Virus record (IMG/VR): IMGVR_UViG_3300029585_000037
Span: 29,935 to 93,934 of that record
Length of the DNA stretch: 64,000 nucleotides
Strand: one strand, 5' to 3'
Source: a virus
A model generated the notes under the pieces. It saw nothing but the letters and a program-made list of their open reading frames with translations, ran no database searches and had not been told where the DNA came from. The translations under genes were made by a program, and so were the position numbers. Each line of letters begins with the position of its first letter. The first letter of the stretch is position 1. Below are positions 16,205-26,184 of the stretch, one piece after another.

Positions 16205-17221
16205 ATGGCATACGAGCGCAAGAATTGGTATCATCTTCTACCAAGTGATAAAAAGGAATTAGATAAGAAAAATCTAAAATTGTTTTTCAATTTAATGATT
16301 GAAAGACAAGATATTTGGTATAAAAGATTTTTATTAGGACAACCTGCTCCATGGACTAAAAATAAATTCTTCAAAAATCACAAGTTTACAAATGTTTATA
16401 GAGAATTAGACCGTAATTCTCAGTGGCTTATACAAAATGTAATTCTAAAAGAAAAAGATAAAAGAAATCTTGTATGGAAAATACTTTTATACAGGATTTT
16501 CAACAATCCAGAATTATTTATTTGGATATCATTCCAAGAAACTTCATTTAATAGCTATTTTCCAGACTTTAAGGAATATGATAGAGATGAATTAGCTAAT
16601 CTAATAATAGAATATAGAGAATTGGGTAAAAAGCCATTTACATCAGCTTATTTCATCAATCCTAATTGTAGAGGTATGACTAGAACTGAACATTACGCTA
16701 AGAATGTAGTGTTTGATTTATACAATTCTGTAGAAGATGTATTGCAAATAATGGAAAATTCTAATGATCCAGAAGATTTAATACAAAGACTTGAAAAGTG
16801 CAGAGCAGTGGCGAGTTTTATATCACATGAGTTCTACCAAGATTTTACTTATCCAGAAATTTATACAGGAAAGTCTTTAATGAACTTTGATCAAGATGAT
16901 TATACGAATGTGGGAGATGGCGCAGCACTTGGAATACGTTTGATATTTCCATCACTTGTAGGTAAAAAACAAAAAGAAGCAATTTACATTTTACGTGATT
17001 ATGGTAATGATTATCTTGAGTCACATGGCTTTAAATTTCTGGTATGGAATATTGATAAGCAAAAGTATGAGGTGTCTAATAAAGGTAGTATAACTTTACA
17101 CCAAGTGGAGATGTGGTTGTGTGAGTTCGGCAAGTATTGGAAAATGAAAGTTGGGCTGGGGAAACAACGTGGAAAATTCATACCGAGAACCATCGCCACA
17201 CGTCAACCTCGAAACATGTAA
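16205..17221 (+). CDS. candidate DNA base hypermodification enzyme (aGPT-Pplase-like), tentative
   Basis: 338 aa; N-terminal ERQDIWYKRFLLGQPAPWTKNKFFKNHKFTNVYRELDRNSQW matches my recollection of the PWT...(F/Y)xFxNVYRELDxxT signature of alpha-glutamyl/putrescinyl thymine pyrophosphorylase-type proteins; no Walker A motif. Confidence 0.4.
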   Translation: MAYERKNWYHLLPSDKKELDKKNLKLFFNLMIERQDIWYKRFLLGQPAPWTKNKFFKNHKFTNVYRELDRNSQWLIQNVILKEKDKRNLVWKILLYRIFNNPELFIWISFQETSFNSYFPDFKEYDRDELANLIIEYRELGKKPFTSAYFINPNCRGMTRTEHYAKNVVFDLYNSVEDVLQIMENSNDPEDLIQRLEKCRAVASFISHEFYQDFTYPEIYTGKSLMNFDQDDYTNVGDGAALGIRLIFPSLVGKKQKEAIYILRDYGNDYLESHGFKFLVWNIDKQKYEVSNKGSITLHQVEMWLCEFGKYWKMKVGLGKQRGKFIPRTIATRQPRNM

Positions 17222-17223
17222 TT

Positions 17224-17233
17224 ACAGTTATTA
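17224..17233 (+). promoter_or_regulatory. class B intergenic motif ACAGTTATTA
   Basis: The extended 20-mer ACAGTTATTACTTATTCAA (17224-17243) is nearly identical to 48386-48405. Confidence 0.4.
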
Positions 17234-17265
17234 CTTATTCAATAAATAATTAAAATCATAAAATT

Positions 17266-17601
17266 ATGAATGCTGATACAAGAATTTTCGGAGTTATAAA
17301 CAAAGAAGATGAAACAATTTCATGTGAGATCAAAGGACTTGCAGTGAAAGAAAAGGAGATAGTAGTGTCTCATGTTCAATTTTCTGAAGGATGGTTAGAA
17401 CAAAAAGCTGCAGAAGACAATACAAGTAGTGTGTTGGAAACAATTTCTTTTCATCCAGAACAGGAATTAACACAAACAGAAATTAAAGAATTTTTTGAAA
17501 CTGAAGATGACAAAGAAAACTTTAATTGGGAAGTTAAGAATTTAATAACAGGTGAAGTTTTATTAGAAGCAACTGAAGCTGAACCAGAACAAGGATTATA
17601 A
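17266..17601 (+). CDS. acidic hypothetical protein (111 aa)
   Basis: ATG ORF downstream of a class B motif; rich in Glu. Confidence 0.55.
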   Translation: MNADTRIFGVINKEDETISCEIKGLAVKEKEIVVSHVQFSEGWLEQKAAEDNTSSVLETISFHPEQELTQTEIKEFFETEDDKENFNWEVKNLITGEVLLEATEAEPEQGL

Positions 17602-17603
17602 TC

Positions 17604-19163
17604 ATGTCAGAAATTAATCAGAATATTCAGAAAAAAGAATTTGAGAGACGTTTGCACATTCTTAAAGGCTTTACAAACATTGATGAAATAGCTAATGTGC
17701 ACATTCAACAGCTTGAAAAGGCAGTAGGTAGCGAGAATATTTATGAATATTCTGGTTTACAAAAACTGACTCAAGATGTATTAGCTAAAGGAGACAAGGC
17801 TGAAATTTTTAAGGCTAAAAAATTCATCAATGAACTCAATCCAGTTAATGTAATTGGAGAAGATGGTTTACCTACAACTGTATTCCTTGAAAAAGGACAT
17901 ATGGATTTTTCTAATTCACGCACCTATGCAGACAACGCTGAAAATCGTAAGAAAAACAGAGTAGGTCAGCAGTATGGTGGGCGTAATGTAGAAGATAAGA
18001 ATGTAGATAATTCTACTAAAGATAATGATCCACCTAAAGAACAAAATGAGGGTGCTAAGGATTATGATAAAAGTCCTGAAGACTGGGTTACTGAGACCTC
18101 TTCTGAAGATTTAAAGAAGTTCGTAGATACTGCAGATGACAGTCAGATAGAACTCATAGAATTAGCTGAGGAAGAGTTAATGAACAGAGGTGAGTACGGA
18201 ACTGATCCAGATAATGATCCAGGCAATCCTGAAAATCAAAATTCTGAAACAAATCAAGAACAGGAAGATGAGGCTGGAAGATATGATGATGAATTATCTT
18301 TAGATGAGATGAATAGGATGTTTTGGGATTTACCAGATGATCAAAGAGAACAAATAATTGGCGACAGTATCAGACATAATGTTTCTCCAATTACGGCTAT
18401 GAAATTTCAAAATATGCATGTTCGTAATAATGAAGAAACTCACGCTAAAATAGATGCTGCACAAGCCGCATTAGACGAGTTAAAAGGAGCAACTGGCCAT
18501 CCTGATACTAATTCTGAGACAGTTTCTGAAGATGAAGTTAAGGCTTGGGTGAGAGGTGAAGCAGAACTTGACAAGGAACAATTAGAACAATTTTTATTCG
18601 ATAATCCTAATTTTGCACAAGCTGATATACTTAAAAATGAATTAGCTAATTGGGATGAAGAAGATGTTGAAGATATGGATAATGATTCAGAAAGTTCTAA
18701 AATAGCTGATCAAGTTGAAAAAGAAACTTATACAGATGATGGCAGTCAATATAAAAAAGATGTTCAAAAAGATGAACAATCTTACAAAGATCAAGTTGAT
18801 TCAGATGAAGCACAAGAAATAAATGATAAAATAGATGATTTTACTGATGATATAATTGATTCTTTGAATTCTGATGATATAGACTCAATTATAAATTCTA
18901 TAGAACATTATCAAGAGTCATATCTTGGAACAATGAACAAATTATTATTACCTTTAAGTGAAGAACAAAAATCTAAGGTAAATGAAATTTGGAATGAATA
19001 TTCAGGAAATGAAGGTAGATTTGAAGATTATGAAAAAGGTTTCTTTGATTCAGAAGATAAGGAACAAGCTGAACAATTAGCATCTAAGATAGGTGGAGAA
19101 ATAGAAGAACAAGGTGGTTTAATATATGTTTACGACAAAGATGGTAACATATATAATGGATAA
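17604..19163 (+). CDS. large acidic protein (519 aa), possible virion or scaffold-associated
   Basis: Long D/E/N-rich ORF directly upstream of the portal gene; no catalytic motif. Confidence 0.6.
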   Translation: MSEINQNIQKKEFERRLHILKGFTNIDEIANVHIQQLEKAVGSENIYEYSGLQKLTQDVLAKGDKAEIFKAKKFINELNPVNVIGEDGLPTTVFLEKGHMDFSNSRTYADNAENRKKNRVGQQYGGRNVEDKNVDNSTKDNDPPKEQNEGAKDYDKSPEDWVTETSSEDLKKFVDTADDSQIELIELAEEELMNRGEYGTDPDNDPGNPENQNSETNQEQEDEAGRYDDELSLDEMNRMFWDLPDDQREQIIGDSIRHNVSPITAMKFQNMHVRNNEETHAKIDAAQAALDELKGATGHPDTNSETVSEDEVKAWVRGEAELDKEQLEQFLFDNPNFAQADILKNELANWDEEDVEDMDNDSESSKIADQVEKETYTDDGSQYKKDVQKDEQSYKDQVDSDEAQEINDKIDDFTDDIIDSLNSDDIDSIINSIEHYQESYLGTMNKLLLPLSEEQKSKVNEIWNEYSGNEGRFEDYEKGFFDSEDKEQAEQLASKIGGEIEEQGGLIYVYDKDGNIYNG

Positions 19164-19180
19164 ATAAAGTAAAGTAATTT

Positions 19181-20779
19181 ATGTCTAAGATAGCTAAACA
19201 ACTTGAAGCAACTGAGAAACTTCAACAGAAACTTATGGTAAAACAAGGTATTCTGATGGAGAAGGCATTGTCTTCAAGTTCACCTACAGACATTCTAAGA
19301 GCTCAAAAGACATTAGAGTTCATAGAACAAAGGAAACAGAGTCAAAAGAAATCATTTATTGTTGATCCTTTAGATTTTCAATCTAATTTTGGTTATAAGG
19401 ATAAACCATTTTCTATGAGTTATAATACTCTTAGAGCAATGTCTAAAACACCTATAATCAACGCTATCATAAAGACACGTAAAAATCAGATAGCTGATTT
19501 TGCAGAGCCTCAAGCTGATAAGTATTCTACTGGATTTGTAATTCGTAAGAAACGTAAACTTGGAAAAGAAGAGGATGATGAGACAACTCCAGAAGAGTGG
19601 GCTAAAATAGAGTATATACAAGACTTTATTTTGAATTGCGGTCGCAATCAATCTTGGGAGGGTGATGATTTTGAAACCTTTATACGTAAGGTAGTAGAAG
19701 ATAGCTTAACATATGATCAAATGACTTTTGAAGTTGTTAGAGACCATTCTGGAGATTTATTTGAATTCTTTGCTACAGATGCATCTACTTTTAGAGTAGC
19801 TGATAGTTATGATGATGACGAATATGATAAGGATGAGCGTGAAGAGGTTATGGGATATTACCCATCTTATGTTCAGGTTTATAATAATGAGATAAAATCT
19901 GAATTTTATCCTTGGGAATTATGCTTTGGAGTTAGAAATCCATCTACTAATTTATATAATGTGGGTTATGGCGTATCTGAGCTGGAAGAACTGGTTGCTA
20001 CAGTCACTTCTATGCTTTGGGCTGAGGATTATAATAAAAAGTTCTTTTCACAAGGTAGTGCACCAAAAGGATTATTGAAAGTTAAGGCTGGTAATGTTAG
20101 TGAAAAACAACTTTCTGCTTTCAGACAAGAATGGCAGGCAATGTTAACAGGTGTGCAGAACTCTTGGAAAACACCGATAGTAGATGCAGACATAGATTGG
20201 ATAGACCTGCAAAAGAACAATAGAGATATGGAGTACACTCAATGGATGGACTATCTTATCAAAATTTCTTGTGCAATCTATTCTATGGATCCAAATGAGA
20301 TAGGGTTCAATATTTCTAACTCATCTACAGGTGGGTCAACATTTGAGTCTAATAATGAACAAAAATTAAAGCATTCAAAAGACAAAGGATTATATCCTAT
20401 ATTAAAGTTTATACAAAGAAAAATTAACAAATACATAGTAGGTCAGATTGATCCAGATTATGAATTTGTATTTGCAGGACTAAATGGAATGACTCTTGAA
20501 GAAGAGTTAGATGTAGAAGTTAAAAAGCTATCTAATTTCCAAACCTTAAATGAGACACGTAAGAAATTTGGTATGAGTGAAATAGAGGGTGGAGACATCG
20601 TACTTAATCCTACATTTACTCAAAATCAAATGATGCAACAGCAACAAGAAATGGGAATGGGTCAAAATCCATTTATGATAGATGATGAGTCTGAAGATGA
20701 TAACAATAATCCTTTTTTACAGGATGACGATGAAGATGGAAATAATCCATTCTTGAAATCGTTTCTAAATAACTTATAA
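19181..20779 (+). CDS. portal protein
   Basis: 532 aa; core ...GYGVSELEELVATVTSMLWAEDYNKKFFSQGSAPKGLLKV... resembles the portal wing/stem region; Q- and D-rich C-terminus. Confidence 0.65.
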   Translation: MSKIAKQLEATEKLQQKLMVKQGILMEKALSSSSPTDILRAQKTLEFIEQRKQSQKKSFIVDPLDFQSNFGYKDKPFSMSYNTLRAMSKTPIINAIIKTRKNQIADFAEPQADKYSTGFVIRKKRKLGKEEDDETTPEEWAKIEYIQDFILNCGRNQSWEGDDFETFIRKVVEDSLTYDQMTFEVVRDHSGDLFEFFATDASTFRVADSYDDDEYDKDEREEVMGYYPSYVQVYNNEIKSEFYPWELCFGVRNPSTNLYNVGYGVSELEELVATVTSMLWAEDYNKKFFSQGSAPKGLLKVKAGNVSEKQLSAFRQEWQAMLTGVQNSWKTPIVDADIDWIDLQKNNRDMEYTQWMDYLIKISCAIYSMDPNEIGFNISNSSTGGSTFESNNEQKLKHSKDKGLYPILKFIQRKINKYIVGQIDPDYEFVFAGLNGMTLEEELDVEVKKLSNFQTLNETRKKFGMSEIEGGDIVLNPTFTQNQMMQQQQEMGMGQNPFMIDDESEDDNNNPFLQDDDEDGNNPFLKSFLNNL

Positions 20780-20780
20780 T

Positions 20781-22457
20781 ATGTCAGGAAACAGCGGCAG
20801 AGGTACAAAGAATTTAGGCTTAATGAAAGCTATTCATGTAGGTGTTAACCCACCTTTGAATACAAAAATTCTTTGGTACAACGATAATACAGAGCCTTAT
20901 ACTACTGGGCCAGCAAAAGTACATTATTTCTATAATGTTATAAATTCTCAATGGGAGCCATTATATGGGCAAGGAACAGGTAGTGGTAATTTTGGTTATA
21001 TGTCTTATGCATCAGATTGTAAAGGTGCTGATTTTTCTTTGGAATTAGATACTGAAATTCATACTCATTGGGCTTTAGTTATTTCTGATAATGAAATACA
21101 GCAGAACCAGCTAATTCCATCTTTATTCGATGGAAGATGGACTAAGTATTGCAGTGATGAATCAGTAGGTGGTGGAAATTATACTTATATTGCTTATGCA
21201 GATGATTGTGATGGAGATAATTTCAGCACTAATAGAATTTACAAAGTACCTTGCAGTGATTGTGAATTGATATCTTCAGCTGAGAAAATAGAAGGCAGTG
21301 AATCAATAATAAAGACTTATAATGGAGATGGCTCATTTGATTTAGAGTTTGTCAATGCTAAACCAGGTGATAAGATATTATTGGACTTAGAAATGGGTGG
21401 AGAGCCTTTGATTGATTTTAGAACTTATTGTATAAAAGTACAAAAAGGTGATTTATCTGGAATAGTAGCCTTAAATTTAGATACAACTGATCAAGGAAGT
21501 TTTTATGTTAGTGGAGCTTCAGAACCAGAAGAGAAATTCATAGATGACAATGATGGTGGATCAAAAATGTTAGTTTATCTACCAAATAATCAAAAGATAG
21601 AAACTATTACTGGAACTATAAGAGTATTTGTAGGAACTGAAGGTTGTTGTAGTGATAATGCAGGTGGAGCAGATTGTATAGCTTATAGAAAATGTTTTGC
21701 TATAATTACTTCAGAAGAACCTATTGATGAATTAACTGTAGATTTATTTGCTGGTAAATGGATTTGTAATTGTTGTTGTGATGATTCAAAAGATGATCCA
21801 AAAGTAAAAAATATAGAGGTTCAAGTAAAGTCTTTAAATGATTTTGTAAAAGAAGATAAGATTGAACAAGACCAAAAAATTGAAGCTAATTCAAATAATA
21901 TCATAAAAAATGCTGATAATCTGACATTAGTTGAACAAGAATTATTATTAGCTATACAAAATATTGATAAAAATTATAGCCAACAAATAAACAATCTTAA
22001 TCAGCAAATTTTAGATTTACAACAAGTTAATCAAGACCAGTCTGATCAAATTGAAGAATTGCAAAATCAAGATATTGTAGCTATTGTAACACCTACAATA
22101 GAAGATTTAATTGAACAGAATAATACAGAGATACAATCTGATATACAAGATGTTCAAAATAATTTACAAGAATTCATTAGTAATACCTATAATGTAGATC
22201 ATGCTCAGGTTGTTGATGATATAGCTAATCTAAATGATAGAATAGATGAGCTTGAATTTACTCCACCATTCTATAAGGATTTATTTGGAGATACAGTTAC
22301 GATAGGTTCAGATGAACACGGAATACCTAAAGTATCTTCTGTATTTGTATTTGATAATGAGAAAAAATCTGTAGAGGTAGATATAATTCTTGTAGATAAT
22401 GATGTTACAATAAGACATAATGATAAATTAGATGGCTATTTTGCTATTATAAACTAA
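20781..22457 (+). CDS. tail-fibre-like structural protein with coiled coil
   Basis: 558 aa; two GN(F/Y)xY(I/M)xYAxDxxGxxFS modules (GNFGYMSYASDCKGADFS, GNYTYIAYADDCDGDNFS); Q/N-rich heptad region QQINNLNQQILDLQQVNQDQSDQIEELQNQ. Confidence 0.5.
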   Translation: MSGNSGRGTKNLGLMKAIHVGVNPPLNTKILWYNDNTEPYTTGPAKVHYFYNVINSQWEPLYGQGTGSGNFGYMSYASDCKGADFSLELDTEIHTHWALVISDNEIQQNQLIPSLFDGRWTKYCSDESVGGGNYTYIAYADDCDGDNFSTNRIYKVPCSDCELISSAEKIEGSESIIKTYNGDGSFDLEFVNAKPGDKILLDLEMGGEPLIDFRTYCIKVQKGDLSGIVALNLDTTDQGSFYVSGASEPEEKFIDDNDGGSKMLVYLPNNQKIETITGTIRVFVGTEGCCSDNAGGADCIAYRKCFAIITSEEPIDELTVDLFAGKWICNCCCDDSKDDPKVKNIEVQVKSLNDFVKEDKIEQDQKIEANSNNIIKNADNLTLVEQELLLAIQNIDKNYSQQINNLNQQILDLQQVNQDQSDQIEELQNQDIVAIVTPTIEDLIEQNNTEIQSDIQDVQNNLQEFISNTYNVDHAQVVDDIANLNDRIDELEFTPPFYKDLFGDTVTIGSDEHGIPKVSSVFVFDNEKKSVEVDIILVDNDVTIRHNDKLDGYFAIIN

Positions 22458-22463
22458 TAAACA

Positions 22464-23264
22464 ATGTATACAAAAGATTTTCATGTAGATACCGATGGTA
22501 ATGGTAATAGACTTTTAAATTGGCTATTAGATCCATCTTGTGATTTAAAAGAATTACAAGGTGTAAAATCAATAGATAGCTTAAATTTAGTAAGTAATAA
22601 TTTAGTCATTGCTTTTACAAAATTTGATGGTTCAACAGGAACAGTATCTCAAGATATGTCAGGATTTGCTGCAGATGTAAGTGTTGATAATGTTACATTT
22701 ACTAATCCGAGTTCTGGAGTATGGAATTTAAATGTTATTGAAGATGACGGAACGACTCATACAGTAAATTTAGCATCACTTTTAGCAGTGGTAGTTAATT
22801 CGAGTTCAGAAATAACTTTAAATGGTAACGGCACACCAGAAAATCCTTTAACAGCGACTATAAAAGAGATTGCAGCTGATAAAATTCTATATGATAAAAG
22901 AAAGGTGGAATTATTAGATGCAGCTAATGTTCAAGAAGCAATAGATGAATTAGCTACAGATTATGACAAGTTAGATAAAACAAGAAGATGGGTTTCATAT
23001 AGAGTAGATGATCCACCTACACGTGTCGATATAGATTTGAATTTACCAGAGCCTATGGCTGATATGAGTTCTTTTATTATACAGTGTAAGGCTATAGATA
23101 AAGAAAAAAATAATGGTGAACTTGTAGAATTGAATGTAATTTTAAAAGGAATAAATAAAGTAGCTGTTTATCTTGAAAGTGAATTAAGATATCCAACATT
23201 AGCTGTAGAGATAAGTTATATAGTTGGACAACTTCCAATAGGTACTTTATATGTAAATAAATAA
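22464..23264 (+). CDS. structural protein, putative (266 aa)
   Basis: Located between two fibre-like genes; no motif. Confidence 0.45.
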   Translation: MYTKDFHVDTDGNGNRLLNWLLDPSCDLKELQGVKSIDSLNLVSNNLVIAFTKFDGSTGTVSQDMSGFAADVSVDNVTFTNPSSGVWNLNVIEDDGTTHTVNLASLLAVVVNSSSEITLNGNGTPENPLTATIKEIAADKILYDKRKVELLDAANVQEAIDELATDYDKLDKTRRWVSYRVDDPPTRVDIDLNLPEPMADMSSFIIQCKAIDKEKNNGELVELNVILKGINKVAVYLESELRYPTLAVEISYIVGQLPIGTLYVNK

Positions 23265-23270
23265 TAAATT

Positions 23271-24098
23271 ATGTGTTGCGGACAAAACGATATACAAAAA
23301 GGTAATTTTACTTACATCAGATATGCTACTGACAAAAATGGTAGTAATTTTTCTAAGAATAGAAATGATGTTCAACATAAGAGATGTTATCAAGCTATCT
23401 ATGTTTCAGATGTAGAATTAGATGAGACAAGTACTTTATTTCCAAACTATTTTAATGGGCTTTGGTTTAATATTTGTGATGTAGAACAAAGTAAAAATGA
23501 TGATTTACGAATAATGTTTGAATGGGGTATTCGTAAAGAACAAGATGTTAAGGATCAATTAATAATCAAAAGAAGTGATTTTTTCTCAAATGAATATGGA
23601 TTGATTTTAGATTATGAATTACTTACAATTAAATTAAGTAATTTTGATACTGTAAAAGACAAAAATCCTGTATTACTCATAGACCGATATAAGAGTAAGA
23701 AGTATAGAGGTATGGATCCAATTTCTGAAGGTTCAACAACGGATGAAAGAAAATACAGAAGAGCAGGATATAAACATGAAATTGACCCTCAATCAAATAA
23801 TAGAATAAATGAGATACCTTTATTGAACTCTATACAAGATATAGATTTCAATCAGGATAGATATTTTAGATTTCAATCAGGATATGTATATCCATCTGGG
23901 TCACCTAAGATGCACAATAGAACAAGAAGATTTAATTGTGGATGGTGTTATTTATCATTTAGAGTTAGATATGTAGAAGATGGTAAGGTAATAGAAACAG
24001 GTTCATTAGGTCAGCTTAGAATGATGGTAAATGGAATATATGATGATAAAACAAGAGAAAAAGGTCAACCGTATAGATTGACATACAACTATAAATAA
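23271..24098 (+). CDS. structural protein with a fibre-type N-terminal module (275 aa)
   Basis: GNFTYIRYATDKNGSNFS is a third copy of the module seen twice in ORF 20781. Confidence 0.5.
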   Translation: MCCGQNDIQKGNFTYIRYATDKNGSNFSKNRNDVQHKRCYQAIYVSDVELDETSTLFPNYFNGLWFNICDVEQSKNDDLRIMFEWGIRKEQDVKDQLIIKRSDFFSNEYGLILDYELLTIKLSNFDTVKDKNPVLLIDRYKSKKYRGMDPISEGSTTDERKYRRAGYKHEIDPQSNNRINEIPLLNSIQDIDFNQDRYFRFQSGYVYPSGSPKMHNRTRRFNCGWCYLSFRVRYVEDGKVIETGSLGQLRMMVNGIYDDKTREKGQPYRLTYNYK

Positions 24099-24158
24099 GA
24101 TGTACTGGACTTGCAATATAGTTCAGTATAGTGAAGTTGGAGTGACGCTTAGTTTTAG

Positions 24159-24296
24159 TAGGTTCGCCTATTGAGATTAAGCTGAAAGCTAATTTCACTT
24201 GATAGGCAGCGATGTCTATCTTTAGTGGGAGTGTGAAAAACTAATCCTGATAAGGAGAGTTTGAAAACCTGCCCTGATAAGGGTGGGTTGAAACAC
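24159..24296 (+). promoter_or_regulatory. structured RNA or regulatory region upstream of the holin
   Basis: TAGG-TTCG-CCTA hairpin (24159-24170) competes with GCCTAT (24166-24171)/ATAGGC (24202-24207), which encloses ATTAAGCT-GAA-AGCTAAT. Followed by tandem units TCCT-GATA-AGGA..TTTGAAAAC (24245-24268) and CCCT-GATA-AGGG..GTTGAAAC (24272-24294). Confidence 0.35.
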
Positions 24297-24317
24297 TTCC
24301 AATTAAATATATGAAAT

Positions 24318-24938
24318 ATGAAACCTATTCAACAAGACTACAGATATAATTTGTTTGTAATGTTTAATGAATTAAAAAATGAATTCATAATGATTTTAAA
24401 ATCAATAATAAGTTTTGCATTAAAACAACTTGTATTGATGCATAAAGGTAGTATCATGGTAAAATTTAAAAGCACATTGGTATTGTCTATAATGACAGCT
24501 GCTCCTGTAGGACTGTTTGAAACGCTAAGTAATTGGCTGATTGATAACAGTGCTTACATAGGCTTTGTCTTGTTTGCAATAGTTGTAGATCATATTTTAG
24601 GATCAGCAGTCCACCTTTGGGTGAAAAGAGATTTTAGCTTTAAGAAAAATATAATAGGTATTTTTGTAAAATTAGGACTTGTTTTTACAGTAGGTGTTTT
24701 ATTTGAAGGCTTTCAATATATATATCCTGAAGATAATGTTATAACAGATTATCTTTCATTAATAACGAGATTGATGGTTTTCTTATATCCAGCAGGTTCT
24801 GCATTTATGAATTGTGCAATATTAACAAAAGGCAAATTTCCACCGATAGGATGGATAAATAAAATATCTAAGTTTAATCAGAATTTGAACGTAAGTGAGT
24901 TTAAAACTGATGGAGAAAAATCAGAAAATTATGACTAA
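24318..24938 (+). CDS. holin-like membrane protein (start uncertain)
   Basis: Multiple TM helices; FAIVVDHILGSAVHLWVKRDFSFKK and YPAGSAFMNCAIL resemble the holin-4 family pattern; sits two genes upstream of the amidase (a small TM-protein gene, 24895-25203, lies between); alternative starts at internal Met codons. Confidence 0.55.
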   Translation: MKPIQQDYRYNLFVMFNELKNEFIMILKSIISFALKQLVLMHKGSIMVKFKSTLVLSIMTAAPVGLFETLSNWLIDNSAYIGFVLFAIVVDHILGSAVHLWVKRDFSFKKNIIGIFVKLGLVFTVGVLFEGFQYIYPEDNVITDYLSLITRLMVFLYPAGSAFMNCAILTKGKFPPIGWINKISKFNQNLNVSEFKTDGEKSENYD

Positions 24939-25203
24939 TACTAGAAGGACAAGTAAAATAGAGAAACTGGTAAATTTCTTGGTTTTAGTGAGTCTTTTAT
25001 TGATATTACCAGCAGCTGTAATAGGAATGTATAATTCTTATGAAAATGCTAATAAGATTAAAAGCATGCCAAAGGATTTTCCAATGCAACAAAAATTGGA
25101 AATGATTGAAAAATATGATAGAAATATCATTGTTGTAGATAGCTTAAAGAAACGTGTTAAAATTCTTGAACAAAAAGTAAAAGCTATAAATAATCAAAAA
25201 TAA
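24895..25203 (+). CDS. single-pass membrane protein in the lysis cassette (102 aa)
   Basis: Helix LVNFLVLVSLLLILPAAVIGMY; lies between the holin-like and amidase genes. Confidence 0.5.
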   Translation: MSLKLMEKNQKIMTNTRRTSKIEKLVNFLVLVSLLLILPAAVIGMYNSYENANKIKSMPKDFPMQQKLEMIEKYDRNIIVVDSLKKRVKILEQKVKAINNQK

Positions 25204-25208
25204 TAGTT

Positions 25209-25745
25209 ATGAAAAGATTTGCAGTGTTAATAGGACATAGATCAAAAAGACAAGGTGCTTTTAGTGAAACATTACAACAATCAGAATTTCAATTTAATGA
25301 GCCTATTGCTGAAATGTTATCAGATGTAGCTGATATTTATTATAGACCTAATACTCCAGGTGTAAGTGAAACATATAGAGTTAAACAAGTGTTGAATAAG
25401 GTTAATAAAAAGAAATATGATTTAGTTGTAGAATTACATTTTGATAGTTTTTCAGACCAAAGAGCAAATGGCTGTTCTGCATTACACTACATAACTAATA
25501 GAAAAACAAAAGAATTAGCTCAATATTTTGTAAATGAAGTTAATTCCAGAATAGGCATAAGAAAACGTAGTTTAATACCTATAAAATCAAGAAAACAAAG
25601 AGGTGGTACATTTATAATTCATTCAAAGGCAGATGCTATATTATTAGAGCCATTTTTCGGTAGTAATAGAGATGATTGTTATAAAATAATGAATTGTAAA
25701 AGAGAATATGCTCAAATTATAAGAGATTTATTCAGCAAGGTTTAA
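25209..25745 (+). CDS. N-acetylmuramoyl-L-alanine amidase (Amidase_3-like endolysin)
   Basis: LIGHRS (His), VELHFDSF (His), LLEPFFGSN (Glu): Zn-ligand/catalytic pattern of the CwlC-type amidases. Confidence 0.75.
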   Translation: MKRFAVLIGHRSKRQGAFSETLQQSEFQFNEPIAEMLSDVADIYYRPNTPGVSETYRVKQVLNKVNKKKYDLVVELHFDSFSDQRANGCSALHYITNRKTKELAQYFVNEVNSRIGIRKRSLIPIKSRKQRGGTFIIHSKADAILLEPFFGSNRDDCYKIMNCKREYAQIIRDLFSKV

Positions 25746-25761
25746 TAAGTAAAATATTATC

Positions 25762-26184
25762 ATGATTTTCATAGGTAACTTATTGAAAAAGTATTGGCCA
25801 TACCTGCTTTTAGCAGGTGTTGTCATCTTCTTGGGTGTTAGATTATTTGATTCATCTAATGCTACAAAATTAGTAAAAAAAGAACTTGAAGAAGTTAAAG
25901 ATGAAAAGAAAGTTCTACAGGAGTCTGAAGAATGTTTGATAGACTCATTAGAAGTTGTACAAGAAGAGTATAAACAGCTTGAAAAAGAAAAACAACAACT
26001 CTATAGAACGTATATTAAAACCAGAAATGAAATAGACGATAAAATCCAAAAAGATGAAGACAATATTTCCAACATTGATTATATTCCTATTGATTCCATT
26101 CGCAGGTATCTGTCAGGATACAAATATAGTCCTCTCCCAAGAACAAGGAGTAGAAGTAACCAAAGGACTACAGCAAGGCAGTGA
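25762..26184 (+). CDS. i-spanin-like protein (N-terminal TM plus coiled coil)
   Basis: Helix YWPYLLLAGVVIFLGV, then a charged coiled coil; directly follows the endolysin; the 3' end overlaps the next gene in another frame. Confidence 0.45.
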   Translation: MIFIGNLLKKYWPYLLLAGVVIFLGVRLFDSSNATKLVKKELEEVKDEKKVLQESEECLIDSLEVVQEEYKQLEKEKQQLYRTYIKTRNEIDDKIQKDEDNISNIDYIPIDSIRRYLSGYKYSPLPRTRSRSNQRTTARQ

